A stretch of DNA of 64,000 nt from Myxococcales bacterium (GCA_009692465.1 SHZD01000002.1:1284-65283), one strand, 5' to 3'. Positions 1-10,030 are shown, counted from the stretch's first letter. The notes: generated by a model not told the origin, from the sequence alone. Numbers and translations: made by a program.

Positions 1-373
1 TCTTGCGCTCTTTGGCGCGCGGATCGCGAGTCAGCATACCGGCTGCCTTTAGGGGGCCGCGCATATCCGGCTGAAACGTGGTCAACGCCCGAGCGATGCC
101 ATGGCGAATCGCCCCAGCTTGCCCAGCGAGGCCGCCGCCATCGACATTGACATTGACGTCAAACTTGCCCGGCAACTCGACCACAGAAAATGGCTCGTTG
201 ATGACCATTTCCAAGGTGGGCCGCCGCATATATTCGGCGATTTCACGATGGTTGACCGTAATCTTGCCGGTACCCTGAGATAAGTACACGCGCGCGGTGG
301 CTTGTTTGCGGCGGCCGGTCGCGTACCAGCGCTTGGCTGGACCTTGGGATTCGGTGACTCGTTTCGTTGCCAT
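1..373 (-). CDS. rpsI: 30S ribosomal protein S9 (3' end runs off the window)
   Basis: Manual translation from ATG 373: [31 protein letters not shown]...[19 protein letters not shown]...[11 protein letters not shown]; canonical S9 motifs; follows rplM. Confidence 0.97.
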   Translation of the reverse strand, partial: MATKRVTESQGPAKRWYATGRRKQATARVYLSQGTGKITVNHREIAEYMRRPTLEMVINEPFSVVELPGKFDVNVNVDGGGLAGQAGAIRHGIARALTTFQPDMRGPLKAAGMLTRDPRAKERK

Positions 374-494
374 GGACTACCTGTTGAGGCGAAAAGCCTG
401 AAGTGTGGACGGGCGTACGCTTGTTACTGCCCGGATTGGGACCCAGTTTCTACACGGTCAAGGTCAACCGCACAGCTGCTTGGGGCGTAAGGCC

Positions 495-935
495 CTAAGC
501 TGGCAGGGATTGCGGTTCCTGGGCGGCGTGCGGATGATTGGCGCCGGCATAGACTTTGAGCTTAGTGATGAGACGGCGACCCAAAGCGCCCTTAGGCAAC
601 ATGCCCCAAACGGCCAAGCGCACCGCATGCTCGGACTTGCGTTGCAAATACACCCGAGCCGGCTCGCTTTTGATGCCGCCGGCAAATCCGGTGTGCCGAT
701 GGTAGACCTTGGTTTCCATTTTCTTGCCGGTCAAGGTCGCCTTGCTGGCGTTGACGACGACCACGAACGAGCCGCAGTCGGCATTGGGCGTGTAGCTCGG
801 TTTATCCTTGCCACGCAAGATGTTGGCCAACTTGACCGCAGCGCGGCCCAAAACCGCACCATTGAGGTCAACGATGTACCACTGGTGGGGTACAGATTCT
901 TTCTGCATGCTTGCGGTTTGTTTGGTCAGTGACAT
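495..935 (-). CDS. rplM: 50S ribosomal protein L13
   Basis: WYIVD..G.VLGR, LRGKDKPSYTP..DCG, YHRHTGFAGG, GMLPKG, KLKVYAG..HPHAAQ motifs. Confidence 0.98.
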   Translation of the reverse strand: MSLTKQTASMQKESVPHQWYIVDLNGAVLGRAAVKLANILRGKDKPSYTPNADCGSFVVVVNASKATLTGKKMETKVYHRHTGFAGGIKSEPARVYLQRKSEHAVRLAVWGMLPKGALGRRLITKLKVYAGANHPHAAQEPQSLPA

Positions 936-1004
936 GGGAAAACCTTGCTTTCGGTGACAGCCGTCGCCTGCGCGACTTGGGCTGAAGTGGGTTCAGGAAA
1001 CTCT

Positions 1005-1096
1005 TTGTCAATTCGCAGTACTATTGTCAATTCGCAGTACTATTGTCATTCGCAGTACTATTGTCATTCGCAGTACTATTGTCATTCGCAGTACTA
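1005..1096. repeat. Tandem repeat, 5 x TTGTC(A)ATTCGCAGTACTA (two 19-bp then three 18-bp units)
   Basis: Read directly; each unit contains the palindrome AGTACT; no spacers. Confidence 0.95.
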
Positions 1097-1269
1097 GTGG
1101 CACGATGCGACGATCATGTACCTCATTGAACTGCAGGCGTCGCGTCAAGCGTCCGGGCGCTTTGGGCCCAGCAGAGTCGCCGCACCACCTGCCCGTTCCG
1201 GGTCGCCGGGATTGGACCCGTACCCGCGATCGCCAACCGACTCAGGGTTCTGGTCAACAGGCGGTATTG

Positions 1270-1317
1270 CGCATATCGATGCGCATATCGATACGCATAT
1301 CGATACGCATATCGATT
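1270..1317. repeat. Tandem repeat, 4 x 12 bp CGCATATCGAT(A/G/T)
   Basis: Read directly. Confidence 0.92.
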
Positions 1318-1463
1318 CGACTGCAATCCAAATCGATTGATGTTGGATATTTGCCGCAGCGGCGCTTCTTGTTGGATGCAAAATCCAGAAGTTAGGCCGC
1401 GACCGGTGGTCAAGTCGAAAAGTGTGGCCGGCCGAAGGGCATTTGGCCACACGAGGGCGCGAA

Positions 1464-1492
1464 ATTTTAGAGGAGCCTGTGACGACTGTCAA
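1464..1492 (-). promoter_or_regulatory. Sigma-70-type promoter facing rplM-rpsI
   Basis: Minus strand TTGACA-17 bp-TAAAAT, near consensus. Confidence 0.7.
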
Positions 1493-1543
1493 CGCCAAAT
1501 CCGGCAATTTCAGGCTGCTCAACGCCCGTGTCAGCCGAGTTAG

Positions 1544-2707
1544 CTAGTACCCGCAGGCGGCGCGCAGGGCTTGCACGTGAGTGATGCGCTCCCACGAAAA
1601 CGTGTTCTCGCCGCGGCCAAAATGGCCACCGGAGGCTGTAGCCGAATAGATCGGCCGTTGCAGGTTGAGGTGGTTGATGATCATTCGCGGGCGAAAATCG
1701 AACACTTCCAGCGCCGCTTTTTCGATTCGCTGGGGATCGACTTTTTCGCCGCCAAAGCAGTCCACTTTTACACTAGTCGGTTCGGCGACCCCGATCGCGT
1801 ACGAGACCTGAACTTCGCACTCATCGGCAAGTCCGGCTGCCACAATGTTTTTTGCCACGTAGCGCGCGAAATAGGCAGCCGACCGATCGACCTTGGATGG
1901 ATCTTTGCCCGAAAAAGCCCCTCCGCCGTGGCGACCCCAGCCGCCGTAGGTGTCGACGATGATCTTGCGGCCGGTCAGCCCTGCGTCGCCGTGCGGGCCG
2001 CCAATGATGAAAAGGCCGGTCGGATTGATGTGGTACTTGGTGCCCGCGTGAAGCAACTCGGCCGGAATAACTGGCGCAATCACATGTTCGTGGATCGCCG
2101 CCACGAGATCGTCGTGGCTGACATTGTCGCGGTGCATCGTGCTGATCACCACCGCATCGACAGCCACCGCCTGGCCTTGAGCGTAACGCACTGAAACTTG
2201 GGATTTACCGTCCGGGCGCAGCCATGCCAGAGTGCCGTCGCGCAGCAATTGCTCCATCCGACGAGTCAATTTGTGGGCCAAAGTAATCGGCATCGGCATC
2301 AGTTCTTCGGTCTGATTGCAGGCATAGCCGAACATCAGGCCTTGATCGCCGGCGCCTTGCTCCTTGTGCAAGCCCTCGCCTTCGGTGACGCCTTGGGCGA
2401 TGTGCGCCGACTGTTGGCCAATCGACAGCAGCACGCCGCACGACTCAGACTCAAAACGATCCATGGGATCGCAGTAGCCGATGCGCTTGATGGTATCGCG
2501 GACCACTTTGCGGTAGTCGACGTTGGCCGAGGTCGTGATTTCGCCCGCCAAGACTACAAGTCCGGTCGTGGCCAGGGTTTCACAAGCAACTCGCGCCGTG
2601 GGGTCGGTCGTCAAGATTGCGTCGAGCACGGCGTCCGAGATCTGGTCGCAAATCTTGTCAGGGTGGCCGGCAGTGACGGATTCGCTGGTAAAGGTAAAGT
2701 CGCGCAT
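1544..2707 (-). CDS. metK: S-adenosylmethionine synthetase
   Basis: [42 protein letters not shown] signatures. Confidence 0.99.
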   Translation of the reverse strand: MRDFTFTSESVTAGHPDKICDQISDAVLDAILTTDPTARVACETLATTGLVVLAGEITTSANVDYRKVVRDTIKRIGYCDPMDRFESESCGVLLSIGQQSAHIAQGVTEGEGLHKEQGAGDQGLMFGYACNQTEELMPMPITLAHKLTRRMEQLLRDGTLAWLRPDGKSQVSVRYAQGQAVAVDAVVISTMHRDNVSHDDLVAAIHEHVIAPVIPAELLHAGTKYHINPTGLFIIGGPHGDAGLTGRKIIVDTYGGWGRHGGGAFSGKDPSKVDRSAAYFARYVAKNIVAAGLADECEVQVSYAIGVAEPTSVKVDCFGGEKVDPQRIEKAALEVFDFRPRMIINHLNLQRPIYSATASGGHFGRGENTFSWERITHVQALRAACGY

Positions 2708-2766
2708 AGTCCTTAGCTGTCCCCAAAGGATGGTTTTGGGGGCGCGGACTATCTAAGCGCAAGCGC

Positions 2767-5196
2767 ATGTTGTCAAGGGGCGCGCGCACCCCATCGGGCG
2801 GTGCAACTGGCGGCAGCCGCAGGTTTTGCGGTACACTAATGCCCCAAGTTCGGGTGACGGGCAGCCACAAAGCCATGATTTTGCTAAATAATAGCGATTG
2901 GACCCTTCGTCTGAGGGATCTTACAGAATCGAATGGTTTTTGTTGGCGACCGCTGGCTGGTGGCCTTCGCCGCTCAGGGGTAGCGCTCGCGGCCAAGGGT
3001 GTTTGTGCTGCCCTTGCGGTCAGTGTCCTTGCTAGCACGGCCTGCGTCGGCGGCAGCAGTGACGGCTCCTCTGGACCCGCCATTGCCAGCGTGACCGACG
3101 CTGCGGTGGCCCGCTTTAACGTTGACGTCGGCAAGTCTGCCCCTAAAACCAGTAGCGATGCCGCTCAGGACAGCAGTGGCGGCAGCGCACCGACCGGCCA
3201 ATCCGGCGACAGCGCATCACCGCCGTCTGGCACCGTCGATAGCGGCGAGCAGGCCGACTCTGCGGTGGCAGCCAGTGCGGAGGGCGTCGATTCCAAGAGT
3301 CCAGATAGTTTGGCTAATTCGCAGAACTGTGAAAAGGACAAGTTCTGCATCGACGCCAGCGACTGCCCGGTAACCCCGTGTACTCAGGGGCAATGCAAAG
3401 GTGGCTGCTGCATCGTGTCTCCCGTTGTCGACGGCAAGACTTGCGACGACAGCAACAAGTGCACCGCCACCGACACCTGCAAAGTCGGCGTGTGCACCGG
3501 CAAGGCCAAAAGCTGCGACGACGGCAAGGACTGTACCGCCGACAGCTGCAACACGGTCAACGGCAAGTGCGTGAGCGTCATCGCCGACAAATCGTGTTTG
3601 ATCGTCGGCAAGTGCGTGGCTCAAGGCGAGGTTAGCCAAGCGAGCGCCTGCAAAACTTGCGACCCCGTCAGCAGCACTGACAGTTGGACTGTTGCCGCCA
3701 ATTGCTGCGCCGACGCCAGCGAGTGCCCGCCGGCCGGTGTGTGCGATACCCCTGTGTGCGACCCTGTCGCCCATACCTGCGGGTTCGAGAAGAAAGTCGG
3801 TTGCTGCATCCAAGACAGCGACTGCAGCGACGCCAATGCGTGCACCAAGGACAGTTGCGATGTGGCGCTTGGCGTGTGCAGCTACGCGGCGATCAGTTGC
3901 GTGGATCCCAACCCGTGTCAGGCCGCAACATGCGTGGAAGCGACCGGCGAATGCAAAGCGGTCACCAAGCCCGGCTGGTGTATGGTCGATGGCAGTTGCC
4001 ACACCGAGGGCGCTACCAGTTCAGCGAACCCGTGCTTGGTTTGTAACTCGGCGAAATCAAATACGGAGTGGAAAACCGCTATCGGCACTGCTTGCAGCGA
4101 CAGCAACCCGTGCACCTACGGAGACAGCTGTCAGGTCGGCGGCAAGTGCGTCGGTTCACCCCAACAGGGTTGCTGTCAAAGCAACGCCGACTGCAAACCC
4201 ACCGGCGATCCCTGTGCCGCCAACGTCTGCGATCTTGGGCAAGGCTTGTGCATTTCCAAGAGCTTAGCTGGGTGTTGCACTAGCGGTACCTGCTGCGACG
4301 CGGCCACTAATTCGGTCAAGCCGGCCAAAAGCACCTGTGGCGGAGGCGCGATCAGCGTCCAGTACCAGTGCAGTGGCCAAATTATACAAAGTCAAGAAAT
4401 TTCGCCTGGTTGTAATGGGGCGAGCGCCACCGGTTGCTCCAGCCAGACCCAGTTCTTGGTCAGCGGGCCGTGGCAAAACGTACAGACCTGTCCCGCCAAC
4501 ACCCAGTGCGCGGCGGCGGGCAGCGGCCAAAAGCCGACTTGTGCCAGCACCCAACCCGCCGGTTCTTGTGCCAATTCGTGCGGGTCCAAGAGTATCACCG
4601 GCGTTTGTTATTGTGACGCAATTTGCACCGGTGCCGGCGATTGTTGCAAGGATTATATGACGTTTTGTGGCTGCGCTAGTGGCGAATGTTGCGATGTCAC
4701 CACCAAATTCCCAAAAACGGCTGGAACGACCTGTGGCGCGGTCAAGACCCAGTTTCAGTGCAGCGGTAAGTTGGTGCAAAAGCGCACGGGCAACCCAACT
4801 TGCGACGGCAAGAACATCTGCGCCACCGCCACAGCGAGTATCAAGTGGGGCAGCTATGGCACCACGCAAACCTGTGGATCGACGCAGAATTGCCACGCCG
4901 CGGCCGATGGTTCGTCCGCCAGTTGCGTGGCAATTCCGACTGGCACCTGCATGGGCCACTGTGGCACCAAGAGCACTGGATCGTGCTATTGCGACACGGC
5001 GTGCAAGGGCCTAGGCGACTGCTGCGCTGACTTTGACAGCGTCGGCTGTGCCACAATGCAAACCTGCGGCGCCAAGGCCACCACCACCTGCAAAGGCAAG
5101 TGCGGCGGCCAGGGCATTGGCCTGTGCTGGTGTGACTCGTTGTGCGAGTCTATCGGCGACTGCTGCCCTGACAGGGCCGTTTGCGCTTGCAACTAG
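2767..5196 (+). CDS. Secreted Cys-rich lipoprotein with CDDxNxCT repeats and three somatomedin-B-like domains (start uncertain)
   Basis: Hydrophobic stretch ending LASTAC; Ser/Gly linker; three CxxxCG..C(Y/W)CDxxCxxxGDCCxD motifs. Confidence 0.85.
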   Translation: MLSRGARTPSGGATGGSRRFCGTLMPQVRVTGSHKAMILLNNSDWTLRLRDLTESNGFCWRPLAGGLRRSGVALAAKGVCAALAVSVLASTACVGGSSDGSSGPAIASVTDAAVARFNVDVGKSAPKTSSDAAQDSSGGSAPTGQSGDSASPPSGTVDSGEQADSAVAASAEGVDSKSPDSLANSQNCEKDKFCIDASDCPVTPCTQGQCKGGCCIVSPVVDGKTCDDSNKCTATDTCKVGVCTGKAKSCDDGKDCTADSCNTVNGKCVSVIADKSCLIVGKCVAQGEVSQASACKTCDPVSSTDSWTVAANCCADASECPPAGVCDTPVCDPVAHTCGFEKKVGCCIQDSDCSDANACTKDSCDVALGVCSYAAISCVDPNPCQAATCVEATGECKAVTKPGWCMVDGSCHTEGATSSANPCLVCNSAKSNTEWKTAIGTACSDSNPCTYGDSCQVGGKCVGSPQQGCCQSNADCKPTGDPCAANVCDLGQGLCISKSLAGCCTSGTCCDAATNSVKPAKSTCGGGAISVQYQCSGQIIQSQEISPGCNGASATGCSSQTQFLVSGPWQNVQTCPANTQCAAAGSGQKPTCASTQPAGSCANSCGSKSITGVCYCDAICTGAGDCCKDYMTFCGCASGECCDVTTKFPKTAGTTCGAVKTQFQCSGKLVQKRTGNPTCDGKNICATATASIKWGSYGTTQTCGSTQNCHAAADGSSASCVAIPTGTCMGHCGTKSTGSCYCDTACKGLGDCCADFDSVGCATMQTCGAKATTTCKGKCGGQGIGLCWCDSLCESIGDCCPDRAVCACN

Positions 5197-5399
5197 GAGC
5201 CTGTCGGAGATCAAACGCATTTTGAATATCTGTCCGGTTATACACAATGAATCTATTACGATCCGACAGTCTCCTAGCCATTCAGATATTCTCAACTGTC
5301 CAAGAACTGTCCGGAGTAAATCCGTGCAGTTTCGGACAGTTGCCGCCGTCTAGCCAGGCGGCGCTAGGAGCGAGTCGGAATACTCCGACACGCTCCTAG
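5193..5399 (+). mobile_element. Element A copy 1 (207-bp CTAG-bounded composite MITE-like repeat)
   Basis: CTAGGAGCCTGTCGGA...TCCGACACGCTCCTAG; closely similar to four other copies. Confidence 0.9.
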
Positions 5400-5414
5400 A
5401 GGCAAGGACTCGCA

Positions 5415-6206
5415 TTGTCGCCCGCCATCTTCGATAGCCACGCCCATTTTGATGACAGTCAGTGGCCACCAGCGACGCTAGTCGCCGATTTGGGCCGCAT
5501 TCAGGGTTTGGCTGGAGCGGTCAGCGCCGGCTTTGGCCCCGAGCGATTTGCCGCCAGCCGCGCCGTGTGCCGGGCGGTGCGCAAAGTCCGGCGCGCTGTC
5601 GGTTTGCATCCGTGGTGGCTGGCCGCCCATGACCAAACCCAGCGCGAGGCCGGTTGGCAAGCCGTTGTCGCCGAACTGGACGGGGCCGATTCCGACACGA
5701 TCGTGGCGATCGGCGAACTGGGTGTCGACAAGAATCGCAAGCACCTGATGGATGCAGACCAGCAGATGCGCTGGATGACCCTCGCTCTGCACCAAGCCAA
5801 GCGGCGCAATTTGCCGATCGTGCTGCATATCGTCGGTTGGCATGGCCACGCGCTGGACGCGTTGCGCGCGGTGTCGCCGCGGTGGCGCGGCGTGGTGCAC
5901 CGGTTTTCTGGTTCGCCCGAACTGATACCGCGCTATACTGACCTCGGGCTGCACGTGGCGCTGGCCTTGGAGCCGCGTTTGGACGTGAGCAAGCGGCAGG
6001 TAGTGGCGCGCGCGGTGCCGGCAGATCGGCTGCTGCTGGAAACGGACTGGCCGTTTCTCGATCTCGACTATCCGCAGGCCGTGCAGGAATTGCGGTTGAT
6101 GGCTGCACAGATCGCCGATGCCCGCGGTGAGGACCTGTCGAGTTTGATAGCGACGAACAACGCCAATTGCCGTCAAGTTTACGGTTTAGGGCTCGTAAAT
6201 GAATAA
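5415..6206 (+). CDS. tatD: TatD-family nuclease/hydrolase
   Basis: DSHAH, GLHPW, AIGELGVD, VLH, VHRFSG, LLETDWP motifs. Confidence 0.9.
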   Translation: MSPAIFDSHAHFDDSQWPPATLVADLGRIQGLAGAVSAGFGPERFAASRAVCRAVRKVRRAVGLHPWWLAAHDQTQREAGWQAVVAELDGADSDTIVAIGELGVDKNRKHLMDADQQMRWMTLALHQAKRRNLPIVLHIVGWHGHALDALRAVSPRWRGVVHRFSGSPELIPRYTDLGLHVALALEPRLDVSKRQVVARAVPADRLLLETDWPFLDLDYPQAVQELRLMAAQIADARGEDLSSLIATNNANCRQVYGLGLVNE

Positions 6207-6606
6207 GTCATTCATGTACCGCGCCCGTTTGCCTGCTAGAGAGTTCCGCATGCCGCCAAATCGGCACCCTCGACGCATCAAACTCATGGAGCGGCAGGTG
6301 GAATGTGGGCCGCAAATGCGGACCACCGCCGGGGTTTGGGGGCGGCGCGCCCCCAAGTTTCTAGTTACAGACCCGATCAAGTGGGATTTGCTCGGCGGCT
6401 CAGTGCTTGCTTGGTGGGTCGCGAGCCTGCGGCACTTATTCAGTGGCCTGCGGGTTGGCCTCAGGCCGCTCCGTTTTGTTTGGGAATTCTTTGAGGTTCG
6501 GCGTCAATTGCTCGGGTCTCTAGGTGGGTCGCAAGCTCGCGTCTTTACAGCCGACTCGCTGGTCTGCTCATTTCGCGGATCAATCGAGTTGTTCTTTTAC
6601 ACGCCC
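6189..6606 (+). mobile_element. Degenerate B/C-like host element interrupted at CTAG by two inserts, one being element E
   Basis: Ends GGGCTCGTAAA...TTTACACGCCC; joining 6189-6239 to 6524-6606 restores similarity to element C. Confidence 0.6.
6368..6523 (+). mobile_element. Element E copy 1 (~155 bp)
   Basis: Nearly the reverse complement of 51659-51817. Confidence 0.85.
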
Positions 6607-6625
6607 TTTGTTGGAGAATGGCGAC

Positions 6626-7591
6626 GTGAGCACCGTGCAACCTATCGATCTCACTAGCGCGGAACGGCCGCGCAAACTGGCCAAATCGCGGCCGGCCGAG
6701 CGACGCTTCGATCGCTTGGTGCGGTTGGTCAGCGTGCCCGGTTTTCGGCGGCTGCAAGATGCGCACGTCATCGTATTTGGCGTCGGCGGCGTCGGTGGCT
6801 ACGCCGCGGAGGGGTTGGCGCGCTGTGGGGTCGGCCACCTGACGCTGGTCGACTACGACGTGGTGTGCGCCACCAATCTCAATCGCCAGATTCAAGCCTT
6901 GGCCGGCAACGTCGGCAAGCCCAAGGCCCAACTTTTGGCCGAGCGGATTGCCGCCATCAACCCTCAGTGCACTGTTCGGGCTGAGATCGCGTTTTACAAC
7001 GCCACTACTGCCGATCGGTTGTTGCCATTGCACGCTCCGCCCACTTTTGTGGTCGACGCCATCGACAATGTGACGGCCAAGCTGCATCTGCTCGACCGCT
7101 GTCGGCACAACGGCATTGCGGTGGTGTCGTCGATGGGTGCGGCGGGCAAGCTGGATCCCACCCAAATTCGGGTGGCCGACTTGTTTGAAACGCATACCGA
7201 TCCGTTGGCCCGCGCGATTCGCAAAGCGCTGCGCAAGAACTACGGTTGGCCGCAGGCATCAGCGCAAGGCAAGGCCGCCAAGTCTGGAATTACGGTAGTG
7301 TATTCAATGGAGTCGCGGCGCTACCCGCTGCCGCCCGATTGGGATGCGGAGCACGGTTTTCAGTGCATTTGTCCGCCCAACGAGGCTGACATTCACCAGT
7401 GCGGCCATCGCAACTTGATCGAGGGTTCCGCGGTGTTTGTGACTTCGGTGTTTGGTATGACGGCGGTAAGCGTGGTGGTGCAGGCCATTGTCGCCGAACT
7501 GGTCGCTCCGACCATTGCTGCGCAACCGGATCGCTTCAATCAGCAACAGCCGTCGCAAGACGCCGTCATGGCGCTCAACTCAGTAATCTGA
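6626..7591 (+). CDS. tcdA: ThiF/MoeB-family tRNA threonylcarbamoyladenosine dehydratase
   Basis: GVGGVGG, DYDVVCATNLNRQ, VVDAID, SSMGAAGKLDP, DPLAR..RK motifs; GTG 6626 preceded by GGAG. Confidence 0.88.
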   Translation: MSTVQPIDLTSAERPRKLAKSRPAERRFDRLVRLVSVPGFRRLQDAHVIVFGVGGVGGYAAEGLARCGVGHLTLVDYDVVCATNLNRQIQALAGNVGKPKAQLLAERIAAINPQCTVRAEIAFYNATTADRLLPLHAPPTFVVDAIDNVTAKLHLLDRCRHNGIAVVSSMGAAGKLDPTQIRVADLFETHTDPLARAIRKALRKNYGWPQASAQGKAAKSGITVVYSMESRRYPLPPDWDAEHGFQCICPPNEADIHQCGHRNLIEGSAVFVTSVFGMTAVSVVVQAIVAELVAPTIAAQPDRFNQQQPSQDAVMALNSVI

Positions 7592-8581
7592 CAGCGACTT
7601 CTTTGGGTCACTGCCGCTAGGCCCGCCCGGCGTGCCCGTCCCCGCAAACGCCATCATCACGTAAAACGTGGTCCAACTGGCCGCCTGCTTGGCCGCGCCG
7701 CGGACTTTTTCAGGCACCGGTTCGCCTTCCTGCTTGCCGCCTTGCCGCCATGCCGCCAAGTGGTCGCGCACCGCTTCGATGGCAAAGGTCATTTCGGACT
7801 TGCGCACGGTGGCTTGTTGATCGTGACGATCCAACCAATGATCGGCCAGCAAGTTATCGCCAGCGGCCAAGCACAGATACGCGCACAGCTCACAAAAGCC
7901 GGCGTCCAGTGGCGCGTCCATTGGCACTTCCATGGCCGCCGCTTGCGCGCGATCAAACAGGCGGGCGGTCAGCAATGCGGCGGCCAAATACGCTAGACCG
8001 TGGCCACTACTGAGCGCTGTCGCCAACACGAAACCGCCGCGCAACGCCATCGACGCGTTGCCGATTTCGGCCCACTCCGCCATGGCGTCCAAAAGCTTGG
8101 TTGGCCAGGCGGCCGGCGGCAGTTCGCCCATGCCCGCTAGCTCGTCCATCGCGTCGCGCGGCGACGGGGCCGCGGCAAGATGAGCTTCGACGGCGTTGAG
8201 CACATGCGCAATGGTCGGCGCACTATGGCTATCCGCCCACTGCACCGAAAAATCAGCGTCAATCAAATACAGCAACATGCGCGCCAAGCGGTCTTTGGGC
8301 CATACGTCTGGCGCCCAGCGCTCCCACAGTTCGCGGACCGCCATCCACGCCAGCACTCGCTGTTGCTCATCGTCGCTGGTGCATTGGGTCAGCCAGCTGT
8401 CCTCGATGTCAGCTTGCATCTGCGCTTGTACGGCTTCTTGAACAAACGGGTCGCGCGCGGTTGCAATGCCCAACTGGCTCAGCATGTCGATCAGATCGGC
8501 ATCCGAAAAATCGCGCAACACAGGTTCGGCGGCATCCCAAGAGGCCAATTTGCCGGTGGGTTCGTTGCTAGCATTGCTCAT
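7580..8581 (-). CDS. Hypothetical helical protein
   Basis: Long ORF with plausible composition; ATG 8581; no recognised motif. Confidence 0.7.
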   Translation of the reverse strand: MSNASNEPTGKLASWDAAEPVLRDFSDADLIDMLSQLGIATARDPFVQEAVQAQMQADIEDSWLTQCTSDDEQQRVLAWMAVRELWERWAPDVWPKDRLARMLLYLIDADFSVQWADSHSAPTIAHVLNAVEAHLAAAPSPRDAMDELAGMGELPPAAWPTKLLDAMAEWAEIGNASMALRGGFVLATALSSGHGLAYLAAALLTARLFDRAQAAAMEVPMDAPLDAGFCELCAYLCLAAGDNLLADHWLDRHDQQATVRKSEMTFAIEAVRDHLAAWRQGGKQEGEPVPEKVRGAAKQAASWTTFYVMMAFAGTGTPGGPSGSDPKKSLSDY

Positions 8582-8682
8582 AAAAGTACCTAATATTAAA
8601 TAGTTAGACGCCGAGGCTGCGCGAGACTTTGGCTGGGTAGGCGCCCACGTCGCTGACCCAGACCTCCTACCGACTGTGGCGA

Positions 8683-9153
8683 TCAGCGTTTGAGTTGCTG
8701 CAACGCAGCCTGCACGGCTTCGGCGTGGCCTTTGACCGCGACCTTGGGCCACGCCTTGACCAGCACGCCCTGAGCGTCAATCAAAAAGGTCGAGCGAATG
8801 ATCCCCATGATTTGCTTGCCATACATGACCTTGGCACCGAAGGCCCCATAAGAGCGCATGACTTCTTTGTCTGCGTCGGTCAACAGCACAAAATTGAGGC
8901 CATATTTTTTGCGAAATCGCTGGTGAGCAGCGGCCCCATCAGCAGAAACGCCCAGCACCACCGCGTCTAGGTCGTCCGCCCAAGCCTGATTGTGGTCGCG
9001 AAAATCGCAGGCCTCGATCGTACACCCCGGCGTATCGTCGCGCGGATAGAAATACAGCACGACCGGACGACCGTGCAGACCAGCCAACGACACCGTGGTG
9101 CCGTCATCGGCGGGCAGTGAGAATGGCGGCGCTGGTTGACCAATTTCGGGCAT
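8683..9153 (-). CDS. bcp: Peroxiredoxin Q / BCP
   Basis: VVLYFYPRDDTPGCTIEACDFRD, GIIRSTFLID. Confidence 0.95.
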   Translation of the reverse strand: MPEIGQPAPPFSLPADDGTTVSLAGLHGRPVVLYFYPRDDTPGCTIEACDFRDHNQAWADDLDAVVLGVSADGAAAHQRFRKKYGLNFVLLTDADKEVMRSYGAFGAKVMYGKQIMGIIRSTFLIDAQGVLVKAWPKVAVKGHAEAVQAALQQLKR

Positions 9154-9291
9154 GGCGATCTCCGCGGCTGGGCTGACCACAACCCTTTGCGGCGAGGGCC
9201 CAACACAGCAAAGCATGGTCCGCGGCGCTAACTTGCGCAAGTATGCTTGCTCAAGCTGCGATTGTGCCGTACGGTTGCGGTGGAGGTCGCC

Positions 9292-10026
9292 ATGCGGATC
9301 GCAATCATCAGTGACATTCACGCCAACATTCAAGCGCTCACCAAAGTCTTGGAGCGCTGCGAACGCGAAGACGTCGACGAAGTCGTGTGCCTCGGTGACG
9401 TGGTCGGGTACGGCGGAAATCCCAATGAATGCTGCGAATTGTTGCGCGAATGGTGCAACGTCGTGCTCATGGGCAACCACGACGCGGCTACCGTAGGCGT
9501 GATGGATGCCGACTACTACTACGACTCGGCGCGCCGGGTGTTGTATTGGTCGCGCCAAGAGTTGACCGACGAGAATTTTCGCTGGTTGTACTCGCTGCCG
9601 TACACCCATCAACGGCCCCACGCCGACGTCGCGTTTTACCACGCGGCGCCGATCATGCCGTCAGGGTTTTTCTATGTCGTTCGCGGTGAAGAGGCCGAAG
9701 CGCTGACGCGGATGAAAGAGGGCTTTTTTACCCATAATTTCATTGGACATTCGCACCTGACCACCGCCTATGAGTACACCGGCAAGAAGGTCAAAGAAGT
9801 GACCGGCCACTATCAATATCACGAAGGCAGCCGCTATTTGGTCAACGTCGGCTCCGTTGGCCAACCGCGCGATCGCAACCCTCAGGCCTGCTTTGTAATT
9901 TTCGACTGTGAAACCAAGGCGATGCAGCACGCGCGCGTGGCGTACGACATTGCCGGTGCCCAAGCCCGCATTCGTGAAGTCGGCCACGACGACAAATTCG
10001 CCAAGCGATTGCAGGTCGGCCAGTAG
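9292..10026 (+). CDS. Calcineurin-like metallophosphoesterase
   Basis: SDIHAN, LGDVVGYG, GNHD, GHSH, NVGSVGQPRD. Confidence 0.93.
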   Translation: MRIAIISDIHANIQALTKVLERCEREDVDEVVCLGDVVGYGGNPNECCELLREWCNVVLMGNHDAATVGVMDADYYYDSARRVLYWSRQELTDENFRWLYSLPYTHQRPHADVAFYHAAPIMPSGFFYVVRGEEAEALTRMKEGFFTHNFIGHSHLTTAYEYTGKKVKEVTGHYQYHEGSRYLVNVGSVGQPRDRNPQACFVIFDCETKAMQHARVAYDIAGAQARIREVGHDDKFAKRLQVGQ

Positions 10027-10030
10027 AACT

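Noticed and set aside
5230-5249. CTGTCCGGTTATACACAATG resembles the Tn5 mosaic end / Nextera adapter CTGTCTCTTATACACATCT
   Set aside because: It has mismatches and an extra base, varies among copies and sits at a fixed internal position of a 207-bp element, so it is not adapter contamination.
5033-5353. Open frame through element A (also 37566-38054) suggesting a small encoded peptide
   Set aside because: Copies differ by many amino-acid changes, copy 3 has an early stop, copy 2 has a 1-bp deletion, and there is no own start.
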